Positions 1 to 6,719 of a stretch of DNA of 31,055 nucleotides are shown in pieces. Made by a program: the position numbers and the translations under genes. Below the pieces are notes generated by a model that was not told the DNA's origin, ran no database searches, and worked only from the letters and a program-made list of their open reading frames with translations. Numbering within the stretch: position 1 is the stretch's first letter; every line of letters starts with the position of its first letter. The stretch is from Candidatus Stahliibacteriota bacterium (GTDB taxonomy: Bacteria > Hydrothermota > UBA3072). The DNA is taken from positions 1-31,055 of the forward strand of contig SOIB01000007.1 of the NCBI GenBank assembly GCA_004377355.1, read 5' to 3'.

Positions 1-17
1 GAAACCTTTAAAATTAT

Positions 18-130
18 TCTTTGCGAACTTTACAAGAGATTAAAAGTGTAGGGAGTTGTATAATCCAAAATAAAATGTTGTTTCTCTTTGCTGTCTTTGC
101 GAACTTTGCAAGAGATTAAAAGGGTAGGGA
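18..130. repeat. Two copies of a 37-bp direct repeat (18-54 and 94-130; consensus TCTTTGCGAACTTTRCAAGAGATTAAAAGKGTAGGGA, 35/37 identical) separated by a 39-bp non-repeated spacer. The 76-bp period gives CRISPR-like repeat/spacer geometry at the window edge.
   Basis: Read directly: TCTTTGCGAACTTTACAAGAGATTAAAAGTGTAGGGA at 18-54 and TCTTTGCGAACTTTGCAAGAGATTAAAAGGGTAGGGA at 94-130. The flanks do not match. Only two units are visible because the window starts at 1. Confidence 0.35.
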
Positions 131-136
131 TGGAGA

Positions 137-1003
137 TTACTCAAATAATGCGTGGACAAAATCTTTTGCTTTAAATGGTATCAAATCTTTAACATCCTCA
201 CCAATTCCCAGGAAACGGATTGGTATACCGAGTTCTTCCACTATTGTAATCACAATGCCGCCTTTAGCTGTTCCATCGAGCTTTGCAATATCAATACCTG
301 TAATCCCAACGGTATCATTAAAATTCCGCGCCTGTTGTATAGTGTTCTTACCGATATTAGCATCAACTACAAGTATTGTTTCATGGGGTAGGTCTTCCCT
401 CTTTTTTGAGAGAACCCTCTTAATTTTCTTCATCTCCTCCATAAGATTCATCTTTGTATGAAGTCTACCTGCAGTATCAATTAAGAGATAATCCATACCC
501 CGTGCGATAGCTGCATCTACAGCATCAAATGCAACTGATGCAGGATCTGCTCCATAATGCGATTCCACAACATCTGCACCAATCCTTTTCCCCCAATGTC
601 TTAGCTGTTCAACTGCTCCTGTTCTATATGTATCGGCAGAAGCAAAGATTACCTTATTCCCTTCTTTTTCAAGTATATATCCCCTTTTGCCTATAGTTGT
701 TGTCTTTCCAACACCATTCACACCTACATATAACTCTACAAAAGGAGGATTTCCATCTATGGTTTTACTTATATGTTTGTTAAGAAAGTTAATAAGTTCT
801 TTTTGAAGTTCTGAATAATAATCTGTTGGTTCTACTTTCTCTAAAGCATCAATCAATCTTTCTACTGACCGAAGACCAAGATCTGCTTGTATCAAAATAT
901 CTTCAATATCATTTAAAAGATCTGGATCCCGCTTACTAATTAGATTTCGTATCTTCTTGCTAAAGCTACTTCTTGCCCTCTTCAGAGCCCCGTGAAGACC
1001 CAT
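137..1003 (-). CDS. ftsY: Signal recognition particle receptor FtsY (short NG-domain form)
   Basis: SRP GTPase G1 P-loop GVNGVGKTTT, DTAGR motif and a C-terminal GIDIAKLDGTAKGG-type motif. An N domain is present, no M domain, 288 aa, so FtsY rather than Ffh. Confidence 0.85.
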   Translation of the reverse strand: MGLHGALKRARSSFSKKIRNLISKRDPDLLNDIEDILIQADLGLRSVERLIDALEKVEPTDYYSELQKELINFLNKHISKTIDGNPPFVELYVGVNGVGKTTTIGKRGYILEKEGNKVIFASADTYRTGAVEQLRHWGKRIGADVVESHYGADPASVAFDAVDAAIARGMDYLLIDTAGRLHTKMNLMEEMKKIKRVLSKKREDLPHETILVVDANIGKNTIQQARNFNDTVGITGIDIAKLDGTAKGGIVITIVEELGIPIRFLGIGEDVKDLIPFKAKDFVHALFE

Positions 1004-1919
1004 ACTCCGTAATCTCTCTTTCTAGTCTCCTTATTTTCTCGGCTAGTGAAGTTATTGCCTCTGTTATAAAACCTACAGTAAATAATACCAACCCTGAAAC
1101 AACTAAAAGTATAACTAGGTATAGGATTGGTCGGTATCCATGTAGAAACACAAATCGTTGAATAATCCCATATACACCTGTAATGAAACCCAGTATGATA
1201 AGCACTATCCCTATTGTACCGAAGAATAGTAGGGGTTTTTTTAGAAGGGAAATCTGCATCTTTACAGACAGAAGATCCATCACCCCTATCACTACCCTAC
1301 CTTTCCCTCTATATTTAGACTCTCCATATAAACGGGAGCGTAATTTTACCTTTACTTCAGAAATGGTAAAACCTTTATTCACAGCAAGGGCAACAATATA
1401 ACGGTGCCAATCTTTTCGAAAATCTATTTCTTCCAGGACCTTACTTTTAACCGCCTTGATAGCATTCTGGTCATGAATAGTAATATGAAATAGGTGTCGA
1501 GAAATCCAATTATAAACAGCTGATACAAATACCTTCTGGTAATGTCCATGCTTCCATCCAGTTACTATATCAAAACCTTTTTCCATTTCACCCAGTAGTG
1601 AGGGAATGTCATGTGCATCAAATTGGAGGTCTGCATCCATTAGTACTAATATCGGAGAATCAGAATGTCGGAAACCTGTAAGTATTGCCTCAGTTTTACC
1701 AAGATTCATTCGATGTCGGATAACTCTTAAGTATCTGTATTTTCGCGCCAAGTTGATAGCATCTTCATAAGTTCCATCAGTACTACCGTCATCCACCAGG
1801 ATAACCTCATAATTTCTCCTATCCCCATTAATCATATCCTGTATCTCTTCCATAAGTGGAGATATATTTTCTTTCTCATTATAAGCGGGGATAACTATTG
1901 TAACCTTTTCCTGAGCCAT
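966..1919 (-). CDS. Family-2 glycosyltransferase, Dpm1-like polyprenyl-phosphate glycosyltransferase with two C-terminal TM helices
   Basis: N-terminal GT-A signature IVIPAYNEKENI...VILVDDGSTDGT and a DAD-type motif (MDADLQ). Hydrophobic C-terminal segments. Overlaps the ftsY start by 38 nt on the same strand, suggesting co-transcription. Confidence 0.75.
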   Translation of the reverse strand: MAQEKVTIVIPAYNEKENISPLMEEIQDMINGDRRNYEVILVDDGSTDGTYEDAINLARKYRYLRVIRHRMNLGKTEAILTGFRHSDSPILVLMDADLQFDAHDIPSLLGEMEKGFDIVTGWKHGHYQKVFVSAVYNWISRHLFHITIHDQNAIKAVKSKVLEEIDFRKDWHRYIVALAVNKGFTISEVKVKLRSRLYGESKYRGKGRVVIGVMDLLSVKMQISLLKKPLLFFGTIGIVLIILGFITGVYGIIQRFVFLHGYRPILYLVILLVVSGLVLFTVGFITEAITSLAEKIRRLEREITEYGSSRGSEEGKK

Positions 1920-2026
1920 TATATGACCTTATCTAATCTTTTAAGTAATACTATTATTTTAAGTACACACAAAGATTTCACTATTAGCATTTGATCACTT
2001 TCTTGTATAATAATTCAGAAATGGAT

Positions 2027-3154
2027 TCATTGAGGAACCAATTTTAAAAACCTCTTTTTCCCGAGTCGTAGTATTACTTCATTCTTAATGGATATATTTA
2101 ATGAAAAATCGTTAATTTTTTCACCATCGATTCGAAGAGCCCCTTGTTCGATCAATCTTCTTGCTTCTCCTCTGGACTTAACCAGACCAGCATTATCAAG
2201 CACTTCAACTATCCAGATCTCCTTATCTTTTTTTATAAAAAATTCTTCTATATCCCTAGGTGCCTCTTCTCTGGAAAATACCCTTATAAATTCTGCTCTC
2301 TCCCTTTTTGCACTCCTATCAGAATGATATTGCCTCACGATTCCTTCGGCAAGCTCAAGTTTCAAATCCATAGGGTTTTCTCCGCTTTTCAATCTCTTCT
2401 TAACATTTTTTAAGAGTTCATCATAATAATCCAGACAGAGTTCATAGTAGCGAAGTATTAATTTATCAGGAATCGACATCACCTTTCCAAACTGCTCCCT
2501 GGATGACTCTTCGATACCAATAAAATTATTAAAGGATTTACTCATTTTCTTCACACCATCTAACCCTTCAAGTAACGGCATTAGAAAGACTACCTGCGGG
2601 TCCAGTCCAAAACTCCTCTGAAGGTCTCTACCTAAAAGATGGTTCCATCTCTGATCTGTTCCACCTAATTCTACATCGGCCTTGACAGCAACTGAATCAT
2701 ATGCCTGAAACATTGGGTACAATAATTCATGCAGAGCAATTGGATTCTCGGCTTTAAATCTTTCATTAAAATCATCCCTTTCTAAGAGTCTTGCAACTGT
2801 AATCTGTGAGGTAAGTCTTATGATATCAGATGGATCAAGTTTTGAGAGCCATTCTGAATTATATCGGAGTTCCGTCTTTCCTTTATCTAAGATCTTAAAT
2901 ATCTGTCTCGTGTATCCCTTCATATTCTCTCTTATTTGTTCTTCACTAAGCGATACTCTTGTCTTCGATCTACCTGAAGGGTCTCCAATCCTTGCTGTAA
3001 AATCACCAACGATAAGAACAGCTATATGTCCTACATCCTGAAATTGCCTGAGTTTTCTTAAGACTACAGCAAAACCAAGATGGATTTCAGGGGCTGTCGG
3101 GTCAATACCCAGTTTTACTCTTAGAGGGCGCTCTTCCTTTAGTTTTTCCTTCAA
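2027..3154 (-). CDS. tyrS: Tyrosine--tRNA ligase
   Basis: Class-I aaRS HIGH motif (PTAPEIHLGF) and KMSKS motif (KMSKS present). C-terminal S4-like RNA-binding segment (RRLIEQGALRIDGEKI). The track start is TTG, so the true start is uncertain. Confidence 0.8.
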   Translation of the reverse strand: MKEKLKEERPLRVKLGIDPTAPEIHLGFAVVLRKLRQFQDVGHIAVLIVGDFTARIGDPSGRSKTRVSLSEEQIRENMKGYTRQIFKILDKGKTELRYNSEWLSKLDPSDIIRLTSQITVARLLERDDFNERFKAENPIALHELLYPMFQAYDSVAVKADVELGGTDQRWNHLLGRDLQRSFGLDPQVVFLMPLLEGLDGVKKMSKSFNNFIGIEESSREQFGKVMSIPDKLILRYYELCLDYYDELLKNVKKRLKSGENPMDLKLELAEGIVRQYHSDRSAKRERAEFIRVFSREEAPRDIEEFFIKKDKEIWIVEVLDNAGLVKSRGEARRLIEQGALRIDGEKINDFSLNISIKNEVILRLGKKRFLKLVPQ

Positions 3155-3210
3155 TTCTTCTTCAGGAATGACTGATTCTGCTCCGATTATTAATCTTGCT
3201 AAATCTGAAT

Positions 3211-4125
3211 CTATTTTTGCCCTCCCGTTGGGATATTAAGAAGTGGAGTGAGTTTCTGATCAAAGGGAGTAATTATTACAGTATTATTGGGTGAATTAAC
3301 GAGTTGTTGTAGAGTCTTAATATAATACCACTGCAGATAACTGCTTGAAAGGGATTTTGATATAATACGGTTCGCTGCTGATATTCCCTCTGCTTCAAGC
3401 TTTTTCCGCTCCACTTCTCTGCTCTCTTTCTGCAGGATAAACACCATCCTTTCTGCTTCCTGTTTTGATGCCATCTTCTCATCTATTTTTTCTTGAACCA
3501 TTTCCGGCAATTGAACATTCCTCATTAAGACCTTCTCTACTTCAATATTCCTTCCGGTAAGAGCCCTTTTTAAACCCTGCTCGATGGAAATACCTATTTC
3601 CTCTCTTCTCTCTGTATATATGTCAGCTACTTCATAACCAGCGATCATATTCCTGATAACGGTTTTTATAGCAGGTCGGACAATCTTTTCCACATAATTA
3701 GGTCCAATATCACGATAAACTAGTGCTGCTCCTTCGGACTTAAGACGATACCACACTGTCACATCTAGTTTAACCGTGAGACCCTCTGATGTAAGCGCCG
3801 AAATGGCATCGTCTCCTCGAATAATCCCTTCCCTGGCTTTACCACTCATTGTATAACTTTCTGTTCGAACACTCATCTTTTCAATTGAAGCAAAAGGATT
3901 AATCAGGTGGATTCCACTCATCAGAGTTTTCTCCTTGACCCTACCGAAGAGAACAACAACTCCAACTTGCCCGGGACCTACGAGACGAACCATGGAAGCA
4001 ATCAGAAAGATAAAGGACAGAAATAAAATGCCAACGGGGGCTAGCCTGGTTCGTCTCTTAATCTCTGGGGTAAGCCACATCATTATTCCAATTATCAGGG
4101 TTACAATAAATAAAAATATTAACAT
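3211..4125 (-). CDS. SPFH/band-7 (prohibitin/HflC-like) membrane protein
   Basis: N-terminal TM helix followed by a band-7 core (VGPGQVGVVVLFGRV... pattern) and a C-terminal coiled-coil region. Confidence 0.7.
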   Translation of the reverse strand: MLIFLFIVTLIIGIMMWLTPEIKRRTRLAPVGILFLSFIFLIASMVRLVGPGQVGVVVLFGRVKEKTLMSGIHLINPFASIEKMSVRTESYTMSGKAREGIIRGDDAISALTSEGLTVKLDVTVWYRLKSEGAALVYRDIGPNYVEKIVRPAIKTVIRNMIAGYEVADIYTERREEIGISIEQGLKRALTGRNIEVEKVLMRNVQLPEMVQEKIDEKMASKQEAERMVFILQKESREVERKKLEAEGISAANRIISKSLSSSYLQWYYIKTLQQLVNSPNNTVIITPFDQKLTPLLNIPTGGQK

Positions 4126-4142
4126 TTATCCTCCTTAATTTA

Positions 4143-4218
4143 AGGTAGCGGCGCAGGGACTCGAACCCCGGACACGTGGATTATGATTCCACTGCTCTAA
4201 CCAACTGAGCTACGCCGC
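4143..4218 (-). tRNA. tRNA with anticodon CAT. Met elongator, or Ile2 if lysidinylated; not distinguishable by eye.
   Basis: The minus strand reads GGCGGCG-TA-GCTC-AGTTGGTTA-GAGC-A-GTGGA-ATCATAA-TCCAC-GTGTC-CGGGG-TTCGAGT-CCCTG-CGCCGCT-ACC. Clean cloverleaf, GTTCGAGTC T-loop, 7-nt anticodon loop with CAT at positions 34-36. CC is encoded but the terminal A is not. Confidence 0.85.
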
Positions 4219-4228
4219 CATTGTTAAG

Positions 4229-4256
4229 AAATATATTTAATCCCCTTGGATTGTCA
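4229..4256 (-). promoter_or_regulatory. Sigma70-like promoter for the tRNA: TTGACA, 16-nt spacer, TATATT. Predicted TSS about 4 nt upstream of the mature 5' end.
   Basis: Minus-strand TTGACA is the reverse complement of 4251-4256. TATATT is the reverse complement of 4229-4234. Confidence 0.5.
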
Positions 4257-4303
4257 AGTTTTTTGTTTGGTCTTTATTCTTGCGATATAAGTATATTAAA
4301 TAG

Positions 4304-4332
4304 TTGACATACAAGGTGAAGTAAGATACAAT
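4304..4332 (+). promoter_or_regulatory. Consensus sigma70 promoter: TTGACA (4304-4309), 17-nt spacer, TACAAT (4327-4332). Predicted TSS coincides with the ATG at 4339, i.e. leaderless.
   Basis: Read directly. Perfect -35, 17-bp spacer, 5/6 match at -10. The ATG lies 6 nt after the -10. Confidence 0.6.
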
Positions 4333-4338
4333 ATTCCT

Positions 4339-4629
4339 ATGCTATGGTGCATTATATTATTGTTGGTTAGGGTTGAAGGGGAAGAGGTTATTCATAATGA
4401 AGATAAATTTGATGAAGAATGGTGGGAAGCATATATGGAATCACTTTATTCAGATACACTTCCCATTGATTCAACTATAGACACTTCTAAAGTAATTGAT
4501 GCACAGGACAAAGAAGATGACAATAGGAATATCAGGAGAGGGTTTTTTAAATCTGGTATCCAAATTGCAGCTCTTTTTATTTTTCTAATCGTTATATTAG
4601 TTTATATTAGAAGAAGCGTCAGGCTCTAA
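4339..4629 (+). CDS. Small hypothetical membrane protein with an acidic central region and a C-terminal TM helix
   Basis: ORF directly downstream of the strong promoter. Hydrophobic N-terminus, D/E-rich middle, and a C-terminal IQIAALFIFLIVILVYI helix. No recognisable family. Confidence 0.4.
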   Translation: MLWCIILLLVRVEGEEVIHNEDKFDEEWWEAYMESLYSDTLPIDSTIDTSKVIDAQDKEDDNRNIRRGFFKSGIQIAALFIFLIVILVYIRRSVRL

Positions 4630-4647
4630 ATACAGATTTAGAGCCTG
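4620..4647. terminator. Perfect 12-bp stem / 4-nt loop hairpin (CAGGCTCTAAAT-ACAG-ATTTAGAGCCTG) between convergent genes; putative bidirectional terminator
   Basis: Inverted repeat read directly. Overlaps the stop codon of the 4339-4629 ORF and lies 49 nt downstream of the minus-strand gene ending at 4696. There is no strong U-tract on either strand. Confidence 0.5.
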
Positions 4648-4695
4648 ATTACATTACACACAACAAAAAATATTTTCACTTATAAAGAATTACAA

Positions 4696-5070
4696 TCATT
4701 CAATCCAAATTTTTATTTTTTCACCATCCTCATCAATATCAATTATTGTAAAAGGAATATCATACAATTCATCATCCACAGACTTTAATATCTCCTCAAT
4801 ATCGATATCGTATTCCCCCAGTTTCTCACTGGCTTCGGTGGAAAACTTTGATACTAATTTCCCACCCACTTTCATCAATTTTGTAGCAATAACAGTTGGA
4901 ATTTTCACGTTTACCTTCCTCTCACCCCCACTCTCTACCTCTATCCTGAAGAATCTACCCTCCCCTTTATCGGTCTTTTTCTCAATTGTGTCTAAAAGCC
5001 TATACGCCTCATCAGCATTAATCTTTCCCTCTTCGAGCATCTTTAGTATTCGCTCTTTTTCGCCTGTCAC
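4696..5070 (-). CDS. SHOCT-like-motif protein: N-terminal ERILKMLEEGKINADEAYRLL helix plus a small C-terminal beta-rich domain. Fourth gene of the DUF2089/Toastrack operon.
   Basis: Shares its N-terminal ~22-aa motif with the three upstream genes. Overlaps the upstream gene by 4 nt (translational coupling). Confidence 0.55.
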   Translation of the reverse strand: MTGEKERILKMLEEGKINADEAYRLLDTIEKKTDKGEGRFFRIEVESGGERKVNVKIPTVIATKLMKVGGKLVSKFSTEASEKLGEYDIDIEEILKSVDDELYDIPFTIIDIDEDGEKIKIWIE

Positions 5071-5312
5071 ATTTCCTCCATTTCATTCATCGCTTCATTA
5101 AAATCAATCTCCTTATTTTCAAGTTTCTTCAATATCTTTTTAACTTTTTTACCATCCTTTTTTCGCCTCTTTCTCATGTGATCCCATATTATATATAGAC
5201 CAAACACCAGAAGTAGAAATGGCCAATCTCTACCCCAGTTGAAACCACCACCATATAAGTTAAGCAACCATATACCTGCACCAAGTACAAGACAGATTAA
5301 TCCAAATACCAT
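5067..5312 (-). CDS. Small two-TM membrane protein with a basic linker and a C-terminal SHOCT-like helix (KKILKKLENKEIDFNEAMNEM)
   Basis: Two hydrophobic helices (LICLVLGAGIWLL; FLLLVFGLYIIW), then a K/R-rich stretch, then the shared motif at the C-terminus. Confidence 0.5.
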   Translation of the reverse strand: MVFGLICLVLGAGIWLLNLYGGGFNWGRDWPFLLLVFGLYIIWDHMRKRRKKDGKKVKKILKKLENKEIDFNEAMNEMEEM

Positions 5313-5410
5313 TATTCCTCCTTTTTACCACAAAAACATCACCTGCTATCAGCTTTCATCTTATATACACTTCGCATTTTTCATTTTGCATTGAAGCGAA
5401 GCTTCTGTGG

Positions 5411-6100
5411 TTAAATTTCATCTGATTCTTTTTTCTTTTTCAATTCAATAGAAGATAATTTTGCATCAATCTTTACCAACCCTTCATCTTTTCCAACAAC
5501 ACCTTTTACACCTTCATCAGATTCATTCAATCCCAGGTTCTGTGAGATTGAGCCCAAAGAATTTACAATATTAAAACTCATGTTCACTGGATGAGAAAAA
5601 GAAAGAGTAAGACTTCCCATTCTCACATTCGCATCAATATCCAGAGGCTCTTTTACATAAAGTTCAGTATTACTCATCTTGCTTTCCAATTTAAGAGGAA
5701 CATCTAAAATACCATTGAGGTCACCAGCTTTAAGGTTAATATGAAGTGAGGAATTAGCTGGAACATCCACTGTCATTGAACCGAAGATTCCAACTTTAGT
5801 TTTTTCCCCCTCTTCATTTAAAGAAAACCTTCCATCGCCATAGACTCTGAACACAGAATCAGAAGATTCTTTAAGGGTAAGACTTGAGGCATTAACATTA
5901 ATTAAAACTTTATCTGCCTTAAACTCTTCTCTTATTTTTCCGATTTTAGTTCCTTCAAACGAAAAAGCATGCACAATTCTATCCACAAATCCGATCCCAT
6001 CCTTTTCCTTTGATAAAGCTTCAAGCAATCTCACAGCCTCATCAGCAGAGATTTTTCCATTTTCTAACATCCTGAGGATACGCATTTTTTCATCATTCAT
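5411..6100 (-). CDS. Toastrack/DUF4097-like (LiaG/YvlB-like) beta-rich protein with an N-terminal SHOCT-like helix (MRILRMLENGKISADEAVRLLEAL)
   Basis: N-terminal motif followed by ~190 aa of repetitive beta-strand-like sequence (VLINVNASSLTLK..., SLHINLKAGDLNG..., VRMGSLTLSF...). This is typical of DUF4097/Toastrack domains. No TM segment. Confidence 0.5.
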   Translation of the reverse strand: MNDEKMRILRMLENGKISADEAVRLLEALSKEKDGIGFVDRIVHAFSFEGTKIGKIREEFKADKVLINVNASSLTLKESSDSVFRVYGDGRFSLNEEGEKTKVGIFGSMTVDVPANSSLHINLKAGDLNGILDVPLKLESKMSNTELYVKEPLDIDANVRMGSLTLSFSHPVNMSFNIVNSLGSISQNLGLNESDEGVKGVVGKDEGLVKIDAKLSSIELKKKKESDEI

Positions 6101-6464
6101 TCTTATTGCCTCCCTTCTTTTCTAACTTTCTAAGAGCTTCTTCAACGTCTATAAGCCCCATCTCCAATTCAGAGATAATGTCATCCTTTTCACATTCAGA
6201 AGGAGGAAACCCAAGAGCCATCCTTACCTCTTCAAGACGAGCCCTCACAGTTGGATATGATAGATCAAGAATTTCCCCTATCTTTTTAAGATTTCCTCTA
6301 ACCCTTATGAATAGACGGATAAACTCCCATTGCTCTTCTGATACAAGAATGCCTCCCCACTTAAAAGAACCACTAACAATAGCATCACAATCGCTACACT
6401 TAAATTCGGATATTTTTATATCCCCACCACAAAAAGGACAACGTTCTGGTAATTTCATATTCAT
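6093..6464 (-). CDS. DUF2089-type regulator: N-terminal zinc ribbon (CPFCGG...CSDC) plus a sigma-70-region-4-like HTH, with a C-terminal SHOCT-like helix (IISELEMGLIDVEEALRKLEKK)
   Basis: Four Cys in CxxC...CxxC spacing at the N-terminus. HTH-like segment LKKIGEILDLSYPTVRARLEEV. Overlaps the next gene by 8 nt. Confidence 0.55.
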   Translation of the reverse strand: MNMKLPERCPFCGGDIKISEFKCSDCDAIVSGSFKWGGILVSEEQWEFIRLFIRVRGNLKKIGEILDLSYPTVRARLEEVRMALGFPPSECEKDDIISELEMGLIDVEEALRKLEKKGGNKNE

Positions 6465-6499
6465 ATTAATATTTATATATATAATATTAATTTTGTCAA
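6465..6499 (-). promoter_or_regulatory. Promoter of the DUF2089 operon: TTGACA (reverse complement of 6494-6499), 17 nt, ATAAAT (reverse complement of 6471-6476), 6 nt, then ATG. Leaderless arrangement.
   Basis: Read directly on the minus strand: cTTGACAaaattaatattatatatATAAATattaatATG. Confidence 0.5.
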
Positions 6500-6685
6500 G
6501 GTATTAATTAATAAAATTTATTTTTTATTTATATTATTTAAATATTATTAATATTACATTAAATATTATTAAACTTTCTGTATGAGTTTTTTAGTTCAAA
6601 AAATGGGCTATGGAGTTTAAATATTTGATTTCAATAATCAGGTTGTTAATTTTCAGAATTTTAAAAGGATATTATTCTCTATGTC

Positions 6686-6714
6686 TTGACAAAATAATTC
6701 AGCGCACCTAAACT
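6686..6714 (+). promoter_or_regulatory. Divergent promoter for the 6720 gene: TTGACA (6686-6691), 17 nt, TAAACT (6709-6714), 5 nt, then ATG. Leaderless arrangement.
   Basis: Read directly. Confidence 0.45.
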
Positions 6715-6719
6715 TAAGT

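Noticed and set aside
152-461. Small track ORFs antisense to or overlapping well-supported genes. Examples: 152-391, 255-461, 2088-2413, 7214-7402, 9966-10196, 15327-15575, 21876-22172, 27919-28377, 29412-29780.
   Set aside because: They are embedded in longer ORFs with clear homology-type signatures on the opposite strand or another frame. They have no promoter or RBS support and are low-complexity translations typical of AT-rich antisense frames.
1920-2026. Searched for a clean sigma70 promoter for the GT2-ftsY operon
   Set aside because: Only weak -35/-10 candidates were found, so none is annotated.
4143-4218. Initiator versus elongator tRNA-Met versus tRNA-Ile(LAU)
   Set aside because: All three share the CAT anticodon. 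The 1-72 pair is a G-U wobble, and not the C1-A72-type mismatch of bacterial initiators. Position 32 is A. This cannot be resolved without a tRNA classifier, so it is reported as tRNA-CAT.
4397-4480. ATG at 4397 preceded by an SD-like GGGGAAGAGG
   Set aside because: It opens only a 27-codon ORF, out of frame with the 96-aa ORF. It is more likely coding sequence of the larger ORF than a separate gene.
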